DNA of 14,690 nt. Origin: a candidate division WOR-3 bacterium (GTDB lineage: Bacteria > Hydrothermota > Hydrothermia > JBDRYB01). The notes beneath the pieces were generated by a model. The model was not told where the DNA came from. It made no database searches and saw only the letters and a program-made list of their open reading frames with translations. The translations under genes and the position numbers were made by a program. Position 1 is the first letter of the stretch; each line of letters begins with the position of its first letter. The stretch spans positions 1 to 14,690 of the forward strand of contig JBMFOM010000046.1 in NCBI GenBank assembly GCA_049969615.1. Direction: 5' to 3'. Below, one piece after another: positions 7,054 through 14,690 of this stretch.

Positions 7054-7091
7054 GCGGCAAAGAGACAACAGGCCGGTTTAAGATTTGGCCT

Positions 7092-7594
7092 TTGCCCGGA
7101 ATCTTAATCCGAGAGACCGGTGGCAGGAAGTCCATGAGGGAGTTTGTCATGCTCCCGGACAGACTACCCCACCGGGATCAATGGGTTCCGCCAATATATT
7201 CGGATGACATGGCCTTTTTTGATCCCAGAAAAAACCTCGCGTTCAGATATTGTGATGTGAGGCTCCTCCTGGCATACCGTGGGGGCAGGCCCGTTGGCAG
7301 AATAGCTGGCATCATAATAAACCACAGGGCAAACTCGTTCAGGAATGAGAATCTCGCCGGGTTCGGCTTTCTTAAGACCGGAGATGACCCTGAGGTAACC
7401 AAGGCCCTTCTTCCGGCGATTGAATCAAGGGCCGGAGCTGAGGTGGCCGTGGACTTGACGCGCTGATGACAATAGCCCTGTATGAGAGCGTCAGACGCAG
7501 GGGAATGGAGGAGGCTTTCTTCATGGGTCTCACTATGTCTGTTCTCATAGATTACCTCTGCAGGACAAGGGATCCATGTGGCGAGAAAGTGTGA
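7092..7594 (+). pseudogene. YghO-like GNAT acetyltransferase pseudogene with a large internal deletion
   Basis: The N-terminal part (7092-7440: WVPPIYSDD, FDPRKNLAF, GRPVGRIAGII, FGFL, DDPEVTKALL) stops at 7466. A C-terminal-type motif, RGLDALMTIALYESVRRRGMEE, follows in another frame from about 7442 and runs into repeat copy C. Confidence 0.75.
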
Positions 7595-7602
7595 GAGCTC
7601 AG
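7515..7602 (-). repeat. Dispersed decayed repeat, copy C (inverted, about 95 nt shorter internally than copy A)
   Basis: Reverse complements of 7525-7550 and 7587-7602 match 3653-3678 and 3506-3521. The blocks are 36 nt apart here and 131 nt apart in copy A. Confidence 0.75.
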
Positions 7603-7637
7603 GTCAACCTGGGAGGGATCACGACCCGGGCCTCAAT

Positions 7638-7666
7638 TTCACGATGACAGGGCCTTACGCTATAAT
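7638..7666 (+). promoter_or_regulatory. Sigma70-like promoter of the UbiA-family gene, probably leaderless
   Basis: TTCACG (7638-7643), 17 nt, TATAAT (7661-7666), 7 nt, TTG 7674. Confidence 0.65.
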
Positions 7667-7673
7667 ATGAGCC

Positions 7674-8609
7674 TTGGGGAAAAAGGGGAATTTCTGGGAC
7701 CTGATCTTCCTGACCAGACCCATGCTCATGGTGGCTGGTTGGGTCTTCATGATCATGGGATACTTCTGGGGAAAGGGTTTAAGCATCATTGGGTTCAGTG
7801 TGCCACTTGATGGAAGGTTCTGGATAGCCTTTGCCTCCTATTCCCTTGAAATGGGTGTGGTCTACATAATCAACCAGATAAGGGACATAGAGTCTGACAG
7901 GGCAAACAGGAAGCTCCTGATACTGCCCGATGGCCTCATCTCAGTGAGAGGCGCGTGGTGGTGGACTGGCATCCTATTTGTGATTTCGGCCATGTTGGCG
8001 GTTCTCGCTGGTTGGCAATTCCTGATCGCATGGGCAATATCCGGCCTCTTCGGTTACCTATACTCCGGGCCGCCGAACCTGAAGGGCTTGCCCATCCCAA
8101 ACATCACCATGAACATGCTCGGCTACGGCACGGTGGCTTTCGCGGCTGGCTGGGTCATGGGGGGGCCAATGCGGACAGATTTCCTGATCCACACGCTCCC
8201 ATACATATTCGGATGCGGCGCGGTGACAGCGGGAACCATAATACCGGACATACCAGGCGACACTAGAGCTGGCGAGAGAACAATAGGGGTGCGTTATGGA
8301 GCGAGGTGGACTGCCTGGTTCGCGTTCACATGCGACATCATCGCACTTGCTACCGGTCTCCTGACTGGGGACTGGATAATATCCGCGGCCGCGTTGTTTT
8401 CCGTGCCTTTGTTTCTCATCGCGGCAATAAGGGTTAGCGACTTCGCGGTAAAATTTGCCTACCGTGTAGCATCCTTCACTCTTGCTCTCTTTGTTGGGGT
8501 GAGGTTCCCTGTTTTCGCGCTCCTGGCCCTGCTCGTTTGGGCCGGCGCCAGGGCCTATTACTGGCTCAGATTCGGGATAAAGGATTACCCCTCGTTCACT
8601 GGAAAATGA
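7674..8609 (+). CDS. UbiA-superfamily membrane prenyltransferase (311 aa)
   Basis: LTRP near the N-terminus, Asp-rich motifs NQIRDIESDRANRK and PDIPGDTRAGERTI, YLYSGPPNLKG, many hydrophobic helices. Substrate not assignable. Confidence 0.9.
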   Translation: MGKKGNFWDLIFLTRPMLMVAGWVFMIMGYFWGKGLSIIGFSVPLDGRFWIAFASYSLEMGVVYIINQIRDIESDRANRKLLILPDGLISVRGAWWWTGILFVISAMLAVLAGWQFLIAWAISGLFGYLYSGPPNLKGLPIPNITMNMLGYGTVAFAAGWVMGGPMRTDFLIHTLPYIFGCGAVTAGTIIPDIPGDTRAGERTIGVRYGARWTAWFAFTCDIIALATGLLTGDWIISAAALFSVPLFLIAAIRVSDFAVKFAYRVASFTLALFVGVRFPVFALLALLVWAGARAYYWLRFGIKDYPSFTGK

Positions 8610-8707
8610 TCGCGAGGGCCCCATTGGCTTGAAAGCGCTTATACCTCGGAATTTGGGAAACCATTTCGCACCTGCGCCAGGGTGGCCTTCGGGTTTATCA
8701 TTTGCCT

Positions 8708-9712
8708 ATGTTGCTTATTACCCTATTAGCCACTCTACCGTTTCCGGATGAATATCGGGACGAGGTCAGGGATGTGATGAGCCTCGCTCTTACGGAGAAA
8801 TTCACGAAAGCCGATTCTGTTGCCAAGAAAGTGAAAGAGGATCTGCCGGACAGCCCCCTTGGTTCCCTTCTGCGTATGGCGGTAATTGAGTTCAAGATGA
8901 CCGACTGGTCAACCGACGATGGCGAGGAAGACTTCATGGCCGAGTTTGACAGGGTCAATGAGATGACCAAAAAGGCAATAAAAGAGGAGAAGGATCCGAA
9001 AACCAAGGCAAAAGCCCACCTTTTCAGGGGGTTCGCGCTCGGTTTCAAGGCGGTTCATTATGCCAGGCGATACCAGGAGGTCACGAATGTCCTCCGGGGT
9101 CTTAAATATGGCAAAGAGGCGCTTGACGAGATAACCAGGGCGCAGGAACTGGACTCAACCCTCTATGATTGCTACCTGGCAATGGGTATCTATGACCTGG
9201 CGATAAGCTATGCGCAGAAGAAGGTCCCCTGGATTCAATCTGAGAACCGGAAAAAGAAAGGCATGGCTGAGCTCTCGGTAGCCACGGAAAAATCCGAGCT
9301 CTTCAAGCCGGTAGCCTTTCTCGCATATGTTTATGTTTACATGTATGAGGGAAACCCTGACCTCGCATTACAGTATTTGAAGTTCTTGAAGACAAGCTAT
9401 CCCGGCTCACGGACGTTGATGTGGCTTGAAGTTGAGGTTTATCTGGAGAACGAAAGGTGGTATTACGCGGAGGAGTCGGGCCAAGCCCTTCTGGCTGAAG
9501 TGGAGAAGAGACAGCCTACTTGCTATGTGAATCAGGCCGAGGCCCACATATATCTCGCAAGGGCAAGGTATCACCTGGGCGACAAGGATGGTGCTAGGGA
9601 GCACCTAGACAAAGCGGCCGAGCTTCTGGACGCGGAAAAGGACCCCTTGCGTGAGGGCGCTGTTAAGAAAGCAAGAGGAAAGCTCAAGGACGCGGAGAAG
9701 GAAATCAAATAA
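8708..9712 (+). CDS. Exported TPR-like alpha-helical protein (334 aa)
   Basis: Short hydrophobic N-terminus and TPR-like segments (AQELDSTLYDCYLAMGIYD, AEAHIYLARARYHLGDKDGAREHLDKA). ATG 8708 chosen because it is 6 nt after TATCAT; TTG 8702 is the alternative. Confidence 0.75.
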   Translation: MLLITLLATLPFPDEYRDEVRDVMSLALTEKFTKADSVAKKVKEDLPDSPLGSLLRMAVIEFKMTDWSTDDGEEDFMAEFDRVNEMTKKAIKEEKDPKTKAKAHLFRGFALGFKAVHYARRYQEVTNVLRGLKYGKEALDEITRAQELDSTLYDCYLAMGIYDLAISYAQKKVPWIQSENRKKKGMAELSVATEKSELFKPVAFLAYVYVYMYEGNPDLALQYLKFLKTSYPGSRTLMWLEVEVYLENERWYYAEESGQALLAEVEKRQPTCYVNQAEAHIYLARARYHLGDKDGAREHLDKAAELLDAEKDPLREGAVKKARGKLKDAEKEIK

Positions 9713-9752
9713 GGGGGCAGAGCTCAGCGCTTGACCCCTATGATGGTGAGGG

Positions 9753-10530
9753 ATGCAATATCATCCTGGTGAGTATTGGAGAGAAAGGCTAGGCCGTGGC
9801 CTGGACCTCAGAGCCACCGGTCTACTCAAAGGTTCCGCATCCTCCAATCTCTACTACTATAGACTAAAGGAAGTCGTCCTGAGCAGGACGATAAATAAGG
9901 TTGGCTTCAATCCTACCGGAAAAAACGTGCTTGATGTGGGTTCTGGGACAGGATACTGGGTAAATTATTTCCTGAGCCGGGGTGCGAATGTCTCCGGGGT
10001 TGACATCGTGCCCGAAGCAGTGGAAGCCCTGAGGGTCAATTTCCCTGAAGCGAGTTTCTGGGTGGGGGACATAAGCCACTGGCAACCTTCCGGAGAATAT
10101 GAACTGGTAAATGCCTTTGATGTCCTGTATCACATAACCGATGATGGAGATTGGGCAAGAGCAGTTCGGGGTCTCTGGGAGGCGCTCGTTTCCGGCGGCC
10201 TCCTCTTATTCACCGATGTGTTTGGCCTCGGCGAAGGAACATTCTCAGACTCGCCTCACGTCCGGTTCAGGGGATGGGGGCTTTATGAGAAAATCCTCCC
10301 GTCGCATAGCCTGGTCACGGTTGCTCCCCTCTATTATCTGATGGGTTACCCAGCGGCCACTCGTGGCCCGGAGGCCTGGTTCCTGAGGAGGAGTTTCAGG
10401 TATACTCAGAAGAATTGCCAGGCGCGATTCGTGGGCCAGGAGCTTTATGCCAGCATTATCAGGTATTGATTCGTGCCTGGTCCGTATGGGCAGGAGGACG
10501 AGCACCTGCCTGGTGGTGGTTGGGAAGTAA
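9753..10530 (+). CDS. Class I SAM-dependent methyltransferase; C-terminus appears frameshifted (main frame stops at 10469, +1 frame continues to 10530)
   Basis: VLDVGSGTG, VSGVDI, VGDIS, AFDVLYHI, LVSGGLLLFTD. The +1 frame is open 10387-10530. Confidence 0.85.
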
Positions 10531-10537
10531 TTGGCGG

Positions 10538-12028
10538 CTATTTCAACCGGAAGATCCGAAAATCCCCCTCGGTTTTGACCAGAACATAGTTGCTGTCAAG
10601 AAAACCCTGGAACCAGCTGATGTTCATCCACGGATCACCCGGACGGTCAACGATGAACTTCGGCTTTCTCTCGTGCATGTCCCTACTGAATTCTTCCATC
10701 GCACCCCGGCGAGACAGGAACATGTAATTGAAATAACGGGACGGACACCGTCTTTCGGCGTATGCGAGTATGGCCCAACCTCCTCTCGCGAGTGTATTGA
10801 CATAGATATAATCCTCCCTGGTGGTATTTTCCCTGAGCCAGAGTCCAAGGTTCTTCTGGGAATCCAACCGCGCTTCCTGTTGGGTTTTCGTGGATGAGAA
10901 GCCCCACAAAACCAGAGCGAGAATCCCCAGCGATAGCATAGCGCGGGATGAAAACCTATCGGGTGAAATGGCGCCGGATTTCACCAGAGAGCGGAATACC
11001 TGAGCAATTCCAATGCCACCAGCCAGGGCAACCGGCGGGATAACCTGCTTGAGCTGGTGGCCGTAGTAATAGCCAGAGGAGTTGGCACCAATAAAATCCA
11101 GAATAAGCCAGGTGATGATTCCCCAGAAGGGAATCCCCGCGTCCCTGAAACTCCTAAATTGGATGATAAAAATGAACACGAAAACCCATATAAGAACCCC
11201 TTCGCTCCTGAACCAGAAGTTATAACCCTTGGTCAGGCGGATGGCCATTGGAGCGGCTGTCCCACCCTGGAAAAGGATGAACCAGGCACCGTCAATATAA
11301 TCCCAGAGGGTGACACCTGACAGAAATAGCGGAATCAGCATGACCACCACTCCGGTTGCTACGCCTGCGAGAAAAAGCCCGCCGCGGCAAAAGAGCTTGT
11401 CCCTCAGGCTGATTTTGAATTCCAGGAGAATGAACAGGAACATGGCCGCCGCGCTGAAAACCGCTACTTGTTTGAACTGGATTGCCAGACCAGCGGCCAG
11501 GCCGGAGGCAAAGACAAGAACATGACCGGCAATGCCCTTTGTCCTTCCGTCCATAATCAAAAGGAAGAAACCCAGGGCCGTGAAGAGAACCATGAATGAC
11601 TCAGTCTGGGCTGGCCAATATCCCTCCATCCTCACCCAGCTCATCATCAGGCCAAAAATCACGCCCGCAAAGGCTCCGGCAAGGCGACCGTGGAGAACCC
11701 GCCCCAGATATGAGATCAGAAGGGTCGCGGCCGCCATTGAAAGGACTCCCAAAAGCCTGGGAAGCCAGTAGTTGACTCCAAACAGGAGGTTCGTCAGCGC
11801 GAAAACCTCAAATATACCGGGGCTTTTGTTTTCAATCGCGCCGACATAAGGGGGAACACCATAGCGAACCCAGAGGTTAGCGATATAGCTCCAGAGGCTC
11901 TCGTCTATGGCAATATCTGGAACCCGCCCCACGAACCATAGCACCAGAAAAACAAAGCCGGCTATCAACCAGGGGCTGGTTATTAATCTGAATAGCCGTC
12001 CCCCAATGGGTTCGCTCTCCATGGACAT
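10538..12028 (-). CDS. GT-C superfamily (ArnT/PMT-like) polytopic membrane glycosyltransferase (about 496 aa)
   Basis: DE motif (IDESLWSYIA) after TM1, PYVGAIENKSPG, AQTESF, FKQ, YYGHQ, many TM helices and a soluble C-terminal domain (PSRYF, KPKFIV). Start 12028 inferred from TTGATC-18-TATCCT-5-ATG; the ORF track starts at 12148. Confidence 0.85.
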   Translation of the reverse strand: MSMESEPIGGRLFRLITSPWLIAGFVFLVLWFVGRVPDIAIDESLWSYIANLWVRYGVPPYVGAIENKSPGIFEVFALTNLLFGVNYWLPRLLGVLSMAAATLLISYLGRVLHGRLAGAFAGVIFGLMMSWVRMEGYWPAQTESFMVLFTALGFFLLIMDGRTKGIAGHVLVFASGLAAGLAIQFKQVAVFSAAAMFLFILLEFKISLRDKLFCRGGLFLAGVATGVVVMLIPLFLSGVTLWDYIDGAWFILFQGGTAAPMAIRLTKGYNFWFRSEGVLIWVFVFIFIIQFRSFRDAGIPFWGIITWLILDFIGANSSGYYYGHQLKQVIPPVALAGGIGIAQVFRSLVKSGAISPDRFSSRAMLSLGILALVLWGFSSTKTQQEARLDSQKNLGLWLRENTTREDYIYVNTLARGGWAILAYAERRCPSRYFNYMFLSRRGAMEEFSRDMHERKPKFIVDRPGDPWMNISWFQGFLDSNYVLVKTEGDFRIFRLK

Positions 12029-12164
12029 CCGAAAGGATAAGCCAACCGAAAGTGGGGGATCAAGGCCAAGCGTTCGCTTGCCCACTTTTAAACTCTCATG
12101 AGTCCTTGTCAGCCAAGGAGTCAGCCCGGAGTGCCTGTGGCCTTTCATTTACACAAAACATTAT

Positions 12165-12351
12165 GAGACCTTTGATAAAGTAGTGATAACTTACGAGTTG
12201 GGGCGAGGAGCACTTTGTTCAAGAGATCGAGGTTCTAAGAGAAGCCCCTGAAAAATCTCACCACGAGGGCATTTTCTCAGGATTCTCTTTCTGTTATGAT
12301 GAGGCTCCCGGATAGGGGCGAAGGACAAACCGCGATTTTTTAGGGGTTTCT
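12165..12351 (+). repeat. Dispersed decayed repeat, copy B, including an 18-bp inverted-repeat pair
   Basis: 12165-12288 is 77% identical to 3672-3795. AGAAGCCCCTGAAAAATC (12240-12257) matches the reverse complement of 12334-12351 at 16/18. Hairpin at about 12237-12289. Confidence 0.85.
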
Positions 12352-12405
12352 ATTATGGCTCAAACCATTACCAGGTCGTAAATTAGGGGATCAGGAAGCG
12401 AATGA

Positions 12406-12435
12406 TTGAACGATCTTGGAATGGAGCTTTAATAT
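12406..12435 (+). promoter_or_regulatory. Sigma70-like promoter
   Basis: TTGAAC (12406-12411), 18 nt, TAATAT (12430-12435), 6 nt, ATG 12442. Confidence 0.55.
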
Positions 12436-12441
12436 TTATCC

Positions 12442-14559
12442 ATGAACAGGAAAAAGGATCTATATGAGGGTATCAATATGACTACGAGGTGGTTAGTTTC
12501 CTTCACGTTGTTGTCGGGCGTAATCTTTGCCAATGTGCATGTTGTTGCTGATTTTGATGACGGGAACCTGGGGTATCCGCTCGTCTGGTCCTGGCTCATC
12601 ACAGGGGGAACGGGGAATATCCTAGCAGAACCAGGTGGTATGGGAACCTATTCACTCCACGCCACATATACCCTAAGCACCAAACCCTCATTCAATCCGC
12701 TTCTGATGGGAAGAATTCAGTCAGGGGTGCACTTTGGTGGCTCCGGTTTATTTTTCTATGCCAGGGGCAGGGGCATATGGGATATTGGGGTGGCAGTTTC
12801 GGGCTGTTCCACATCCGCTCACTATAGACTCATGCTAACCGATGACTGGCGCGACTATTACATACCCTTGAACGAGCTTTTCTATGCCTACAACGAGACA
12901 ATTCGTCCTCCTTTAGACACAAATCTTTTTGCCAGAATAGATTTCAGGCTCCAGGAGCTCCAACCCGGCGCTAGTGGCGAACTGTGGCTTGACTCTCTGG
13001 GATATTACTACTCAGAGGGTCCACAATCCTGGGACTACGATGGCGACGGTATTCCTGACTCACGCGACCCGGACGCCGATTCTGATAGATGGCCAGATAC
13101 GCTTGAGATCATCGCGGGCACAAATCCCCTTGATAGTTTGGATCATCCAACAGGCGACCTGGGCGTTCCCGCGGGCTGTTATTTTGGGCTTTTCCCGGTC
13201 CTGGGACTCACTGACGAATGGCTGGTCTTCTCGGACATAACCGGACTCAAGCCGGCTCTGGTCACGATTTTTGTCGATCAGTGGGGAAATTCAACCCGTT
13301 TTTACCATTTTGATAGAACCGCATGCGATTTTGTGGCGAGACAGGGCGGTATTCCTGTATATCAGTGGCCCATGATGAGGAGGGGCACAGTCCCACCGGA
13401 GTGGGAATGGTTTGGCTCATATCCTATTGAGGGGAGATTCAGTCCAGAGAGCGTGGCCGCGGGGGTCTATGACGCGGATATTGCCGCATTTGCGCGAGAG
13501 GTCGCGGATTGGGGCTTGCCCATGTTCATCAACCCCCTGGTAGAATACAACACGGGATTGGTGCAATACTCTGGCCTGACCAATTTCGGACCCGATGCTC
13601 AGCATGTGCCGCCCAAGGACAGTATGGGAGTCTTTGGGAGATGGTTCGGTGATACCCTGATTCATCTTTGTGGTGCTGTGCCTGGAGATTCCATGTGTAA
13701 TTACTACGGAGACCCATCCCTGCCAGATGGCCCGGAAAGGGTCGCTGATGCCTTCGCTCACATCCAGGATGTTTTTGCTATGGTGGGAGCCGACAATGTC
13801 ATCTGGACACTCCAGGTTCAGCCCAGTTTTGTTCCGGACAGCGTTTGGGGGAGCTGGAACAAGCCCAAATACTATTATCCGGCCGGTCATTATCCCCCGT
13901 GGCACGCTTCATCTGCCCACCACGGCATGATCAGGGGACCAAACGACACCGTGAGACTCACGGAGATTCTACTTGATGCCTATGATACCCTCCTGGCCAT
14001 TTCTCAGCTCCCCATACTACTCATAGAGTTCGCGGTTCACACGGATTCCGCGGCGGGTTCCACGGACATGAGCTTCATGTTCACCCAGGATTTCTGTGAT
14101 CTTCTGAAGAACCAGTATCCGTGGATAAAGGGCTTCACATATGCGAACTCTGACGCCTATGGCACGGACTATAGGCATGTTGGCCTGCAGATTGATTCCG
14201 CAAGAGCACAAGCATTTCCTGGAGAACCAGCAGCATTCTCCTTCTGTATAGGTTCCGATTCATATTATTACCAGGATCCACTGCTCCCTACCCTAGCAAC
14301 GAAGGAATGGCGACCCGAAAAGGAAACCGCGTTCCTGGCCAGACCCAATCCTTTTGCCGACAAAACGCTCATAATCTTCCCGTCTGAGGCTGTGAGTGTC
14401 TCGGTATATGACCCAACAGGCCGACTCCTATGGTCAAAAGAGAACCCGGCCCATGAGATAACCTGGCCAGAGGAACCGGCCAATCCAGGTGTTTATTTGG
14501 TCGTGGCGAGAACAAGAGGCGCCTCGCGAGTAATCAGGTTGATTAAGACAAGAAAATAG
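12442..14559 (+). CDS. Secreted modular glycoside hydrolase: CBM11/CIA30-like domain, Ca-binding TSP3-like repeat, GH26-like domain, T9SS type A sorting domain (705 aa)
   Basis: Signal peptide; VADFDDG...WRDYYIPLNEL...GELWLDSL; DYDGDGIPDSRDPDADSDRWPDTLEIIAGTNPLD; PESVAAGVYDADIAAFAREVADWGLPMFINPLVEYN, GADNVIW and PILLIEFA; C-terminal PNPF...VYDPTGRL...PGVYLV. Alternative start at ATG 12478. Confidence 0.8.
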   Translation: MNRKKDLYEGINMTTRWLVSFTLLSGVIFANVHVVADFDDGNLGYPLVWSWLITGGTGNILAEPGGMGTYSLHATYTLSTKPSFNPLLMGRIQSGVHFGGSGLFFYARGRGIWDIGVAVSGCSTSAHYRLMLTDDWRDYYIPLNELFYAYNETIRPPLDTNLFARIDFRLQELQPGASGELWLDSLGYYYSEGPQSWDYDGDGIPDSRDPDADSDRWPDTLEIIAGTNPLDSLDHPTGDLGVPAGCYFGLFPVLGLTDEWLVFSDITGLKPALVTIFVDQWGNSTRFYHFDRTACDFVARQGGIPVYQWPMMRRGTVPPEWEWFGSYPIEGRFSPESVAAGVYDADIAAFAREVADWGLPMFINPLVEYNTGLVQYSGLTNFGPDAQHVPPKDSMGVFGRWFGDTLIHLCGAVPGDSMCNYYGDPSLPDGPERVADAFAHIQDVFAMVGADNVIWTLQVQPSFVPDSVWGSWNKPKYYYPAGHYPPWHASSAHHGMIRGPNDTVRLTEILLDAYDTLLAISQLPILLIEFAVHTDSAAGSTDMSFMFTQDFCDLLKNQYPWIKGFTYANSDAYGTDYRHVGLQIDSARAQAFPGEPAAFSFCIGSDSYYYQDPLLPTLATKEWRPEKETAFLARPNPFADKTLIIFPSEAVSVSVYDPTGRLLWSKENPAHEITWPEEPANPGVYLVVARTRGASRVIRLIKTRK

Positions 14560-14690
14560 CTCACCCGACCCATCTCAGCCCTCTATGGATTGAAGGCGCG
14601 GCCGTGGCACAATGGCCTCGCAATCGGGTCAGGCCTCTGAGGGTATGTAGCCCCTCTGGAGGTCCTTGACCAGGGGATCATCCTGAGAAA

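Noticed and set aside
10415..10897. 160-aa plus-strand ORF and the other short overlapping ORFs in the track
   Set aside because: They overlap well-supported genes on the opposite strand or in another frame and have no recognisable motifs.
12029..12148. Upstream ATG for the GT-C gene
   Set aside because: The extension looks non-conserved and contains a promoter-like element pointing at ATG 12028.
3672..12351. Repeats as a CRISPR array, integron attC sites or DGR template/variable repeats
   Set aside because: No regular repeat-spacer period, no GTTRRRY/RYYYAAC cores bounding the hairpins, no cas, integrase or reverse transcriptase gene, and mismatches are not restricted to adenines.
12294..12368. 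Minus-strand peptide MV*AIIETPKKSRF resembling an inorganic pyrophosphatase N-terminus
   Set aside because: Very short, interrupted by stops, and coincides with the inverted-repeat motif; likely chance.

Overview
A 14.7-kb bacterial chromosomal segment with mostly housekeeping and envelope genes. A T9SS-type C-terminal sorting domain and porins suggest a diderm, probably FCB-superphylum-like organism (inference). In order: a probable lipidated beta-barrel protein (-); a coupled operon tsaB - DUF2259-like - TIGR00725-like (-); a DUF763 gene (-) divergent from a Pho-box-preceded pstS + porin unit (+) with no pstCAB; a deleted YghO-like GNAT pseudogene; a UbiA prenyltransferase, a TPR-like protein and an apparently frameshifted SAM methyltransferase (+); a GT-C glycosyltransferase (-); and a secreted modular GH26-like hydrolase (+). 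I found no rRNA, tRNA, CRISPR array, intact transposase or complete novel multi-gene system. The most notable non-obvious signals are: (1) nine genes have a -10 box 5-8 nt before the start codon, suggesting pervasive leaderless mRNAs; (2) an unannotated promoter-29 aa ORF-terminator unit upstream of tsaB; (3) a dispersed family of decayed repeats built on an IS-end-like motif GA(G/A)ACCCCTGA(T/A)AAA in four intergenic regions; (4) a four-unit, 11-bp-period Pho box. All family assignments come from motif recognition, not database searches.
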